Assembly: GCA_045805065.1 (NCBI GenBank)
Contig: JBJMMA010000193.1
Span: forward strand, 1 to 39,667
Direction: 5' to 3'
Source of the DNA: Bdellovibrionia bacterium
GTDB lineage: Bacteria; Bdellovibrionota; UBA1018
DNA: 39,667 nucleotides
Part shown: positions 26,681-36,029 of the stretch, piece after piece
Numbering within the stretch: position 1 is the stretch's first letter
How the letters are laid out: every line of letters begins with the position of its first letter
The notes under the pieces: model-generated
What the model was told of the DNA's origin: nothing
The model's database searches: none
Seen by the model: only the letters and a program-made list of their open reading frames with translations
Made by a program: the position numbers and the translations under genes

Positions 26681-27679
26681 ATGAAAAAAGTCGCAATCTT
26701 ATCCAATCCAAACTGTGGAAAAGGCCTAGGCCCACGCGCTATCCAGCAAGCGCGCCGCGCGCTTTGGGGATGGCCACTTGAGATCCTGACTCCATCATCT
26801 CTTCTCGAGCTTCAGCAAACGCTATCTAGTCTCAGTTCAAAAGAATACGAAGCCCTGATCGTCGTGGGTGGTGACGGCACTTTCAACCAGGCCCTGAAAG
26901 CCATGAGAGCGACAAGCGAGCGGCATATCCCGCTCTATCCATTTCCGGCGGGTACCGCGAACGATCTTGCGACTGAACTCAAACTTCGTCCGGACTGGGA
27001 CCAGGTGCAGACCTTATTAGATGAACAGCAGATCGAGAGAATCGATTGCATCACTGTCAACGACGCTCCTTTTTCCACGATCGCGGGAATCGGCGCAGGA
27101 TCTCAGCTGACTTCAGAGTTTAACTCCCGCAGAAGCAGCTCCCCGTTCTTCAAGCTCCTCAATCAGCACCTGCACAACCACATCTACAGCATTCTGAGCG
27201 CAAAGACCCTGCTCTTCGGCAACGACTACTTTCACCGGCTTCATATCCGAGGCGAAGGTTTTGATGAAAAGCTCAAGACACCGGTTGTCTTCATCTGCAA
27301 TCAGCCACGCTTGGGGGCCAAGCTCACCGTGGCACCTGATGCCAAGAACAATGATGGACGCTTCCATGTCATGATCGTTCCGCGCATCCGGAAGCATCGC
27401 CTGATCACAGGGCTCATTGCCCTTCAACGCGGGTACGTACCTCAGGATTTCCTACTATTCTCGACTGATCGCCTGGTCATCCGAGATCTCGATGGCCGCG
27501 ACATTCCGGTTTTCGGGGACGGCGAGACACTGGTCTCCGCGCCCGAGCTTCGCTTTGCCACTCATGCGCTCAGCCTGCCAGTCTACAGCGGCAGACTCAT
27601 GAGGCAGCATATTTCAAAAGGACTCACTGAGAAGTCCTCTAAAATCCGTGTCGAGATTCCCGAGGAGGCTCTCGTATGA
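26681..27679 (+). CDS. Diacylglycerol/lipid kinase family (YegS/DgkB-like)
   Basis: NPNCG, VGGDGT, PAGTANDLA, GDGE. Confidence 0.88.
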   Translation: MKKVAILSNPNCGKGLGPRAIQQARRALWGWPLEILTPSSLLELQQTLSSLSSKEYEALIVVGGDGTFNQALKAMRATSERHIPLYPFPAGTANDLATELKLRPDWDQVQTLLDEQQIERIDCITVNDAPFSTIAGIGAGSQLTSEFNSRRSSSPFFKLLNQHLHNHIYSILSAKTLLFGNDYFHRLHIRGEGFDEKLKTPVVFICNQPRLGAKLTVAPDAKNNDGRFHVMIVPRIRKHRLITGLIALQRGYVPQDFLLFSTDRLVIRDLDGRDIPVFGDGETLVSAPELRFATHALSLPVYSGRLMRQHISKGLTEKSSKIRVEIPEEALV

Positions 27680-28689
27680 AACTCCTTTTGACGGGCGCTA
27701 CCGGATTTTTAGGAAAGCAGCTGCTTGAGCTTCTTCTTGCCGATTCCAGGATCACTCACATCTGGGTGACCACCCGGAACAAGCGCTCGCACCCAAATCC
27801 AAAAGTCGAAGTGATCCGGATCAACCTTGCAGACCCAAGCCAGCTCTTTCAGCTGGATATTCTGCCTGACGCGGTCATTCATCTCGCAGGACTCTACGAT
27901 TTCGAGGAAAGTTACGAGAACTGCTACACACAGAACCTGCTTCCAGCGCTCCATCTCGCCCGCAAGGCGCGGGAATGGAATCAATCCAAGCGGGTACCCA
28001 TCTATTTTGCATCGACCTATGCAGTCACGTACGGACAAGATCTGTCCGCCGCGGAAGAGCCTCTGACAGCGCTTCCTCCGCCGAACATCCCCTATGCTTA
28101 CACAAAGGCGATGGCGGAACGAGCGATCACCGACTCCGGAGTTCCCAGCGCGATTTTCCGACTCGGCATTCTGGTCGGAAAATCCACTGACGGAGCCATG
28201 GATAAGCTGGATGGAGCCTATGCTTTCGTGCGCCTGATGGAAGCATCGCGCCCTCTTACAAAATTCTTAAAAAGAATTCCATTGCCGGCCAAGGCGGATG
28301 GAATTCTTCCCCTTGTACCCGTCGATGCAGCGGCGAGGATTTTCCATGAGGCGATCTTTCGCCCGGAGGTTGCATTCACCCCTGCTCAAATTTATGGTGC
28401 ATACGATCCTCGAAGTATTCCTATCCGCGAATTCGCCGAATCAGTTCTCGCCAAATACGCCCCCGGCGCAAGCCCGGTATTTTTTGAACGGATCCCAAAG
28501 TCTGTGTTGGACTTTCAAAGCCGCTTGACTCCGGTTTCTGCTGATGCATTCAAATTCGCACTGAAGCCTGTCGCGATTCAGAACCCAAGATTTCAAAAAG
28601 TCTTTTTGAACTCATTGATTCCACACTTCAAATCCTATGAACATGCATTTTATTCGGGCTACCGCATGATTACGAGAGGGTTACCATGA
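27676..28689 (+). CDS. Extended SDR (fatty acyl/thioester reductase-like)
   Basis: TGATGFLG, HLAGLYD, YAYTK. Confidence 0.82.
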   Translation: MKLLLTGATGFLGKQLLELLLADSRITHIWVTTRNKRSHPNPKVEVIRINLADPSQLFQLDILPDAVIHLAGLYDFEESYENCYTQNLLPALHLARKAREWNQSKRVPIYFASTYAVTYGQDLSAAEEPLTALPPPNIPYAYTKAMAERAITDSGVPSAIFRLGILVGKSTDGAMDKLDGAYAFVRLMEASRPLTKFLKRIPLPAKADGILPLVPVDAAARIFHEAIFRPEVAFTPAQIYGAYDPRSIPIREFAESVLAKYAPGASPVFFERIPKSVLDFQSRLTPVSADAFKFALKPVAIQNPRFQKVFLNSLIPHFKSYEHAFYSGYRMITRGLP

Positions 28690-30812
28690 GCATCCCGCGC
28701 GAAAGAAAAATCGTGCTTCTCAATCTTCTCAATCACGATGTCGTCAAAGAGCGCACGGTTGAGCTTGGAGGCATCCGCTTTTCCATCGTCGAGCACGACG
28801 TCGGCTGGAATATCCCTACAGTCCAGGCCCTGATCAGAAAATATGACGGTTTTGCGGACGGAATTGCCATCAGTGGCGTTCAAAAGCGCATCATTGCTGG
28901 CAAGAACACTTTCATGCACCCAGTCTCACTGAGCTTGATGCGTACGGCAGTAAAGACTCCGATTTATCTTGCCGACTACTGCCGCGAACTTTTCGCAGAA
29001 TGGACTATTCAAAAGCTTCTTAAGGAACAACCGCAGTTCTTCCACAGCAAGACCGTCCTCTTCCATTGCGCAGCCGCAAGCTCGCTTTTGCCCCGCATCG
29101 CCGGAGTTGCCGGAAAGGTCCGCGCTGCCGACCCGATGTTGCTTCCCGGAATCCCGGTCACTTTGAAAACTCTCAGGCAGATTGAGGCTTACGCCTGGAC
29201 AGCGAAAACAGCAGGTCGATTCCTGGTTGAAAACAAGATCAACCCGAAAATTCGCCACCGTACGGATCGACTTCATCATTGCCTGGTTGAAGCCATCAAA
29301 AACGCTGACATCTTTGTCACGTTCTCAAACCTCATTGAGAAGATTCCTGATCTGTCGGCGCTTAAAGGAAAGACTGTCATTATCGACTTTCTGACGGATG
29401 AGGTTCGCGCTCGCCTCGAAGCCGCAGACCCGGCGCAGGTCGTTGTCTTTACGCCAGACGTTCCACAGTTTGATGAGATCCCCTTCAGGCATTACTCAGT
29501 GTTTTCCGCTCTGATTGACCAGATCCGCATCGCCCAGGACAGCCCGCTTCCTTTTGATGAGTTCTTGTTACGCTGGATTCAAGAATTCAATGTCAAGCCA
29601 CGATCCTTCAAGCACACCAAGGGAATGGTCAGGCGTTGCGCATTTGTGGTTCATCCACTCAACACCTCCCAGCTCTGGGAAAACGCAAAACTTCCCTTCA
29701 TGCTGGATGCACCCAGAAGGATTCAAAAACTTGGCGAGGCGGCCGCAGCCCGGCTTCCAGCATTCCAATATGGAAAGATCGAAGGCATCGTCAGCGAAGC
29801 CACTGGCCAGGAAGTAATTTGCGATCTCTATGCGATTCCCGCAACACCCAAGCAGCTTCTCTCCATGAACGAAGAGTTTGTTTACAGCCGAATGGTTCAG
29901 GCGGCAGAGCTGGCGCGTAAGAATGGCGCAAGCATGATCGGCCTCGGTGCTTACACCAAGGTTGTAGGCGATGCAGGCGTGACGATTTCCCGCCGCGCCT
30001 CGATCCCCGTGACGAACGGAAACTCTTACTCTGCATCCGCAACGCTCTGGGCAGCTCGCGAGATGCTGGAGCGAATGGGCTTGGTCAGAACCGTCGATGG
30101 CAAGCGCGCGCGTGCAAAGGCCATGATTGTCGGAGCCACGGGAAGCATCGGCCGGGTTTCCGCATTACTAGTCTCTCTTGTCGTGGATGAGCTCGTACTG
30201 GTTGCAACAAGACCCGACAAGCTTCTTGAGCTGCGCCAGGAAGTCCTGGACCTCTCACCAGGTGTCCGCGTCCATGTCACGACAAATCCTGATCCTGACC
30301 TTCCAGACACGGATCTCATTGTCACGGCAACATCCAATCAAAGCGGAAAGATCCTGGATATCATGCAAGTCAAGCCAGGTGCCGTGATCTGTGATTGCTC
30401 TCGCCCACTCGATATCGGAGCCGATGAGGCGGCGAAGCGTCCAGATGTTCTCGTCATTGAGAGTGGAGAGATTAATCTCCCCGGAAATCTTAAATTCGCC
30501 GGGAGCATCGGTCTTCCCTATCCATCGGTCTACGCATGCCTCGCCGAGACCGTGCTGCTGACCATGGAAGGACGCTATGAACCCTTCTCACTCTCCAAGC
30601 ACCTCTCGCTTGAGAAGGTCAAAGAAATCTACCGCATCGGAATCAAGCATGGAGCGAAGCTTTCGGCAATCTGCGGCCCCAATGGTCCTATCACAGATGC
30701 AGATATCGAAGACTGCCGCGCCCTTGCGCTTGAGCGCCTGAGGACTTGGACTCCAAGGAGCCCCGGGCTGAAAACTGAACTTCTGAAAGAGGCTGAGGAA
30801 CTCTCCGTATGA
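28686..30812 (+). CDS. Acyl-ACP/CoA reductase-like protein with large N-terminal extension
   Basis: GLGAYT, VTNGNS, VGATGSIG, YACLAE (compare cyanobacterial AAR FACFAE catalytic Cys). Confidence 0.7.
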   Translation: MSIPRERKIVLLNLLNHDVVKERTVELGGIRFSIVEHDVGWNIPTVQALIRKYDGFADGIAISGVQKRIIAGKNTFMHPVSLSLMRTAVKTPIYLADYCRELFAEWTIQKLLKEQPQFFHSKTVLFHCAAASSLLPRIAGVAGKVRAADPMLLPGIPVTLKTLRQIEAYAWTAKTAGRFLVENKINPKIRHRTDRLHHCLVEAIKNADIFVTFSNLIEKIPDLSALKGKTVIIDFLTDEVRARLEAADPAQVVVFTPDVPQFDEIPFRHYSVFSALIDQIRIAQDSPLPFDEFLLRWIQEFNVKPRSFKHTKGMVRRCAFVVHPLNTSQLWENAKLPFMLDAPRRIQKLGEAAAARLPAFQYGKIEGIVSEATGQEVICDLYAIPATPKQLLSMNEEFVYSRMVQAAELARKNGASMIGLGAYTKVVGDAGVTISRRASIPVTNGNSYSASATLWAAREMLERMGLVRTVDGKRARAKAMIVGATGSIGRVSALLVSLVVDELVLVATRPDKLLELRQEVLDLSPGVRVHVTTNPDPDLPDTDLIVTATSNQSGKILDIMQVKPGAVICDCSRPLDIGADEAAKRPDVLVIESGEINLPGNLKFAGSIGLPYPSVYACLAETVLLTMEGRYEPFSLSKHLSLEKVKEIYRIGIKHGAKLSAICGPNGPITDADIEDCRALALERLRTWTPRSPGLKTELLKEAEELSV

Positions 30813-31900
30813 GCCAAGCTTACTTCACTCGAGCCTTGAATTACACATTGGCGAACGAAGATACGGCCATGGAACTTGCCATGCTGCAAGAGGGTCTGGG
30901 CCATATTCTGTCGGTTGCGGGAAGCGGCGGACGTGTTCTTCCGCTTCTCTCCAAAAAACCAAAGAGACTGACCTGCGTTGACGTCTCTCAGGAACAACTC
31001 TATCTCACTGAGCTTCGTATCGAGTCCGCTCGAGCTCTCACGCATGCGGAGTTTCTCGCATTCTGGGGCTACCCTCCGCGCAGCGCAACTCCCGGTGAAC
31101 GCAAGGACCTTTACTCAAAGATCAAGCTCTCCAAGGAAGCCGACACTTTCATTTCAGGACTTTTTAGCTCTCAAACCTGGCAAAGCGTCCTTTATCTTGG
31201 AAAGTGGGAGCGCACTTTCAGCACGCTCTCCCAAGTCAATCAACGCATGACGGGACTTGCGGGACGCAAGCTTTTTGAATGCCTGACCCTGGATGAGCAG
31301 AAAGCTTATCTCAAGAAGGAATTTCCAAAGACCGCGTGGTCCGCCGTTATTTTCCTTCTGGGAAATGCAGGGATCTTCAACGCCCTCCTTTATAAGGGAC
31401 ACTTTCCAAAAAAGAATATCCCCGATTCGTTCTACGGATTCTATTCAAAAACATTTGAGCGCCTTTTTCATCAAGCTCCAGCCCGGGAAAGCTATTTTCT
31501 TCAGCTTCTCTTCTTTGGCAAAGTTGTCTTTGTTGAAGGATGCCCGGTTGAATGTAAGCCAGAAGTTTTTCAGGCCGCAAAAGAAGGTCTCTCCGGGACT
31601 GAGATTCGCTACGAACGCGGCGACCTACTCGAGCAGATCAAAGGAGTCGATCAACCGATCGATTTTCTGTCTTTCTCAGACGTGCCCTCCTACTTTACGG
31701 GAGAGACTGAGCGCGCCTTTATGCAGATCGCCCGTCCAAAGCTCTCTTCAGGTGCGCTGACCGTCAACCGCAATTATCTGCACATCCCTGAAGATACCGA
31801 TATAAAGGGATTCAAAAGCGCGACACATGAGTTTCAAGCTGCCATCGACGCAGAAAAAGTCGGAGTCTACGTCGTTGATGTGCAACGGAAGGTCGAATAA
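30809..31900 (+). CDS. BtaA/DUF3419-family SAM-dependent 3-amino-3-carboxypropyl transferase-like protein
   Basis: LNYTLANED, SVAGSG, VDVSQEQ, SFSDVPSY. Confidence 0.8.
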   Translation: MSQAYFTRALNYTLANEDTAMELAMLQEGLGHILSVAGSGGRVLPLLSKKPKRLTCVDVSQEQLYLTELRIESARALTHAEFLAFWGYPPRSATPGERKDLYSKIKLSKEADTFISGLFSSQTWQSVLYLGKWERTFSTLSQVNQRMTGLAGRKLFECLTLDEQKAYLKKEFPKTAWSAVIFLLGNAGIFNALLYKGHFPKKNIPDSFYGFYSKTFERLFHQAPARESYFLQLLFFGKVVFVEGCPVECKPEVFQAAKEGLSGTEIRYERGDLLEQIKGVDQPIDFLSFSDVPSYFTGETERAFMQIARPKLSSGALTVNRNYLHIPEDTDIKGFKSATHEFQAAIDAEKVGVYVVDVQRKVE

Positions 31901-31909
31901 CGGTGTCCG

Positions 31910-32656
31910 ATGAGAACACTCCTGGTCACCTCACAAATCACTTACGTTCCAAGAAACTATCAGGCGCTTTTTGAAGGCGTTCTCAAGAGCGCCTCTTCGC
32001 ATATTGCAGGACTGGTCGTGCTTGAGAACCTTTCCTGGAGACTCTCAAAGGACATTCTGGGCCTCAAGCTTATGGGGTGCTCTGAGATTTCCAGGCATCT
32101 TTTCAAGAACGTCATGGAAGCTCGCAAAAGAGAGCGCGAGCGTCTTTTTGAGTCCAAAGGCCTTCCTGTTATCCGGACCCAAACGATGAACTCGCCCGAG
32201 ATCATTGAGTACGTCAAAAGCAAAAGAATCGATTTGATCGTCAACGCTCGTACGCGTTGCATCTACAAGAAACCGATCCTGGAGGCGCCTCGCCTGGGCT
32301 GCATCAACATCCATCATGGACTCCTGCCTGAGTACCGTGGAACCCTTTGCGACCTCTATGCGCTTTTTGAAGGCCGCCCTGCTGGATTTACAATCCATCA
32401 GATGAACGAGAAAATCGACGCAGGCAAAATCCTGAAGCGCATTGAAGTCTCGGGTCACGGTGAGAAAGACTTTGCGGCTTATCTCGAAAAAGCTTCCCTC
32501 ATTGAAGGTCAGGTACTCGGCGAGCTCCTCAATGACATCGCAGCCCAGGACTCTCTTCCTGCTGGGATTGAGAATCGTAGCGAAAAGTCCGTTTACACCC
32601 GGAATCCAAACCGCAAGCAGATCGCAAAAATGAAAGAGGAAGGGCTCGTACTATGA
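31910..32656 (+). CDS. N10-formyl-THF-dependent formyltransferase
   Basis: INIHHGLLPEYRG, IDAG (catalytic Asn/His/Asp). Confidence 0.85.
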   Translation: MRTLLVTSQITYVPRNYQALFEGVLKSASSHIAGLVVLENLSWRLSKDILGLKLMGCSEISRHLFKNVMEARKRERERLFESKGLPVIRTQTMNSPEIIEYVKSKRIDLIVNARTRCIYKKPILEAPRLGCINIHHGLLPEYRGTLCDLYALFEGRPAGFTIHQMNEKIDAGKILKRIEVSGHGEKDFAAYLEKASLIEGQVLGELLNDIAAQDSLPAGIENRSEKSVYTRNPNRKQIAKMKEEGLVL

Positions 32657-33357
32657 TTTTAGCATTTCATGGATGCCCTGGACTGCCTGAGGACTTTGAC
32701 CTTCTTGCTCAAGAGCTGAAACGGTCCTCATCTCAAGTCTTGCTCAAGGCGATTGCAAGAAAGGGTTATCCTGGATCCCAAAGCTTAGCGAGCTCGCTCC
32801 CCCCAAGCTCTTTATACTTAGGCTACTCTTTTGGCTGCGCGGACGCAGTCGAAGCGGCTTCACTTGATCCTCAAACAAAAGGCATCATCCTGATCGCTCC
32901 CTATCTTTATCCTACCAAGGAAGCAGGAGCAGGAATGAAGGTGCTTTTAGCTATTCCAGGATTAAGCGACCTTCTTCTGTCTCTTCTTGGAAAGAAGGCG
33001 ACGAAAGAATTTGTCGTAAAAACCGCTCATCCCAATCAAGCTCCGGACACGTACGTTAAAACGGGCGAGCGATACGCAAAGCCTGCCATCCTGAAACGCG
33101 CGATGACTGAAACGAGCGGACGGGGCCCAGGCATCACCGCAGCCCTTGAAACCTTGAAAAAGAGAAACGTCCCTGTGCTTCTGGTTTGGGGAAAACAAGA
33201 TCAGGTCTGTCCTGAGAGCTCTCAGTTTGAGCCTTTACGAGAACTCTTTCCACATGTTCGCGAGAGATCGCTCGATCAGGCGGGACACGCTCTTTTGTGG
33301 ACGCACCCAGAGATTCTTTCAAAAGAAATCATTCAATTTTCCCAGGCACTCGCCTGA
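32653..33357 (+). CDS. Alpha/beta hydrolase
   Basis: HGCPG, GYSFG, GKQD, AGH. Confidence 0.85.
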   Translation: MILAFHGCPGLPEDFDLLAQELKRSSSQVLLKAIARKGYPGSQSLASSLPPSSLYLGYSFGCADAVEAASLDPQTKGIILIAPYLYPTKEAGAGMKVLLAIPGLSDLLLSLLGKKATKEFVVKTAHPNQAPDTYVKTGERYAKPAILKRAMTETSGRGPGITAALETLKKRNVPVLLVWGKQDQVCPESSQFEPLRELFPHVRERSLDQAGHALLWTHPEILSKEIIQFSQALA

Positions 33358-33379
33358 TCCATTTTAACGGAGGAACGAT

Positions 33380-35119
33380 ATGAAAACCCAAGCCCAGCCT
33401 CGCGCAGGTTACTATCCAGGTGCTCACCGCGGAAACAACGTTCATACGTTTCTGGAACATCATCTGGCAAAAGACCCAAACCTGGTCGTCCTTCAATGGG
33501 TTAACCCGCAAGCTCTGAAAGAGTTTGCGGCAAACGGTTTTAGCGGTCCGCTCAAGCATGATTCAGCCACAGTAGGACAGCTGCATGACCATATCGGCAG
33601 AGTCGCCGCGGGGTTCCAAAAGCTTGGAATCGGAATGGGCGATCGCGTAATTGTTTTCATGCCGATGTCGCTCTATCTTTACGTTGCGATGTTCGCGCTT
33701 CAAAAGATCGGTGCGATTGCCGTTTTCTTGGATTCTTGGGCACGACGCAATCATCTCGGAGCAAGCGCTCAGATCGTTGCACCTAAAGGAATGGTTAGCT
33801 TTGAAAAAGCATTTGAGCTTTGCAGCCAAGTTCCGGAACTTGATTCGGTCCCATTGAAGATTTCTGTAGGTCCTACCACGCGGAAATACGCTGCTCGTCT
33901 GGAAGAGCTTTTTCAGTTCCCAGCTTTTGCCGAAAGTGTTCCTGTCGAGCAAGAACATACGGCTCTGATTACCTTCACTACCGGAAGCTCGGGTACACCC
34001 AAGGGCGCAAATCGCACTCATCGCTTCTTAGCGGCGCAGCACTATGCACTGGATGAGTGCATTCCCTACACCACCTCAGATGCTGACCTTCCGGTCTTCC
34101 CGATTTTCTCACTCAATAACCTGGCTGCAGGCGTAAGCACCATCATTCCTGCCTTTGACATCGGCGTTCCAGGCGATCATGATCCAGAAATTCTTCTGGC
34201 TCAGCTTGAAGCATGTCATGTCACCTGCACGACCCTGTCCCCTTCACTCTTCAATCGCCTGTCCGCTCACTGCTTACAGAAAGGCATCACGCTCTCAGGG
34301 CTTCGCCGAGTCGTCACGGGCGGAGCTCCCGTGAGCCGCGATAATGTGGTGGACATGCAAAAGGTCGCACCGAACGCCGACATCTGGATTCTCTTCGGAT
34401 CGACCGAGGCTGAGCCCATGGCTCATATCGAGGGGCGCGAAATGGTCAATCAAAAGACCCGCGCTGCCGAAGACCCTGAGTGGGTGGATGAAGGTGTGAA
34501 CGTCGGTCACATGGCAGAGGGCCTCTATTACAAGTTCATCAAGATCCAGAAAGGACCTGTTGAGGTCAATCAGGCTTCCGATTGGGCATCGCTCGAAGTA
34601 TCTGCAGGAGAAGTTGGCGAACTGATCGTTGCGGGCGAGCACGTTTGCCGAAATTACTATAACGACGACGTCGCATTCAAACGCGCCAAGATCATGGACG
34701 AGAACGGAACGGTCTGGCACCGCACAGGTGACTTAGGACGACTCGACTCTGAAGGAAACCTCTGGATTGTGGGTCGCGTTCACAATGCGATCAATCGTGG
34801 CGGAAAGTACTGTTTTCCGGTTCGAGCCGAGCTGATCATGAAGAAGCTGCCTTACACTCAATACGCAGCTTACCTGGGCGTTTCTGACGAGAAACTTGGA
34901 GAAAAAACCGTCGCAGTGATTGTTCCACAGGACAAATCTGTTCTGGGCACCGCTACAGAGTCTGAGATGAAGCAGGAATTACTCCGAATCATGGACAAGA
35001 ACGGTGTCCCGGTCGATCAGGTCCTATTCCGTGAAAAGATCCCGATGGACCCTCGCCATCATAGCAAAGTCGAGTACGATGTATTGAGAACGGACCTCAT
35101 GGCAGAGGGGCTTGTTTAA
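33380..35119 (+). CDS. AMP-dependent ligase (OleC-like)
   Basis: FTTGSSGTPKG, FGSTE, HRTGD, PMDPRHHSKV; GGAGG RBS. Confidence 0.88.
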   Translation: MKTQAQPRAGYYPGAHRGNNVHTFLEHHLAKDPNLVVLQWVNPQALKEFAANGFSGPLKHDSATVGQLHDHIGRVAAGFQKLGIGMGDRVIVFMPMSLYLYVAMFALQKIGAIAVFLDSWARRNHLGASAQIVAPKGMVSFEKAFELCSQVPELDSVPLKISVGPTTRKYAARLEELFQFPAFAESVPVEQEHTALITFTTGSSGTPKGANRTHRFLAAQHYALDECIPYTTSDADLPVFPIFSLNNLAAGVSTIIPAFDIGVPGDHDPEILLAQLEACHVTCTTLSPSLFNRLSAHCLQKGITLSGLRRVVTGGAPVSRDNVVDMQKVAPNADIWILFGSTEAEPMAHIEGREMVNQKTRAAEDPEWVDEGVNVGHMAEGLYYKFIKIQKGPVEVNQASDWASLEVSAGEVGELIVAGEHVCRNYYNDDVAFKRAKIMDENGTVWHRTGDLGRLDSEGNLWIVGRVHNAINRGGKYCFPVRAELIMKKLPYTQYAAYLGVSDEKLGEKTVAVIVPQDKSVLGTATESEMKQELLRIMDKNGVPVDQVLFREKIPMDPRHHSKVEYDVLRTDLMAEGLV

Positions 35120-36013
35120 GTGCAAACCCAGGCTTTGGCAAAATCGCCTCGCAAGTGGCTCCAGTTCACCAAGGAGCGGTTTGATCCAGCATCGCATCTG
35201 GTGATGATCCTCCTTTTTGTGATTGCCCACCGACTCCTCTTTCCAGGACATACAACCCCACTGGCAGTCCTGGCGGTATTTCTGGGAACCGTCGCCTTTT
35301 TCTTCAAGCTTCGTCTTTATGACGAAATCAAAGACTATGAGCTCGATCTTGTTATCAACCCGACTCGTCCTCTGGCACGAGGCCTGATGACACATAGCGA
35401 TCTCTATAAGGGAATCGCCTTTTGCATCGTCCTGGAACTTGCTTTGTTTGGCCTTCAAGGCCCTGCCGCTTTGGCTGCTATTGCGATCGCAATCACCTAC
35501 TCGCTTCTGATGTACAAAGAGTTTTTCATCCGAGACCTGATCCGTCCGCATCTGACGACTTACGCTGTCAGCCATACTGTTGTCTCAGCCCTTCTCTCGC
35601 TTGCGCTCATCTCGGCGTTTATCCATCGCTATCCTTGGCAGCTCAGTCGTGAGGCTCAGCTTTTCGCCCTGAATAGCTGGTGCCTCTTCAATATCTTCGA
35701 GTTTGGACGAAAGACTTTCACTTCATCTGAAGAACGCGATGGTGTTGAGTCTTATTCAAAGATCTTTGGTCGCTCTGGCGCCGTAGGATTGGTTGTGAGC
35801 ATGGCGCTGGCATCGGCTTACTGCCTGATCCGAGTTCGATACAGCGCAACCCTTCAGACCTTCATCATCGTAGCTTGCGCCGCCCTGATCGGAGTCGGAG
35901 CGATCTACGCCTTCATGAACCGCCCGCCCTACGGAAAGGTCTACCGCGCGTTCTCATCCATTTACATTGTCATTATTTACCTTGGGATCGTTGGAATCCG
36001 CCAACTTTCTTAA
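35120..36013 (+). CDS. UbiA prenyltransferase-family membrane protein
   Basis: RLYDEIKDYELD...RPLARG; about 8-9 TMs. Confidence 0.8.
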   Translation: MQTQALAKSPRKWLQFTKERFDPASHLVMILLFVIAHRLLFPGHTTPLAVLAVFLGTVAFFFKLRLYDEIKDYELDLVINPTRPLARGLMTHSDLYKGIAFCIVLELALFGLQGPAALAAIAIAITYSLLMYKEFFIRDLIRPHLTTYAVSHTVVSALLSLALISAFIHRYPWQLSREAQLFALNSWCLFNIFEFGRKTFTSSEERDGVESYSKIFGRSGAVGLVVSMALASAYCLIRVRYSATLQTFIIVACAALIGVGAIYAFMNRPPYGKVYRAFSSIYIVIIYLGIVGIRQLS

Positions 36014-36029
36014 TCGGGGAGCTGAATTT

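Noticed and set aside
32653..35119. oleABCD olefin pathway
   Set aside because: OleB/C-like genes and an SDR are present but there is no OleA thiolase in the window
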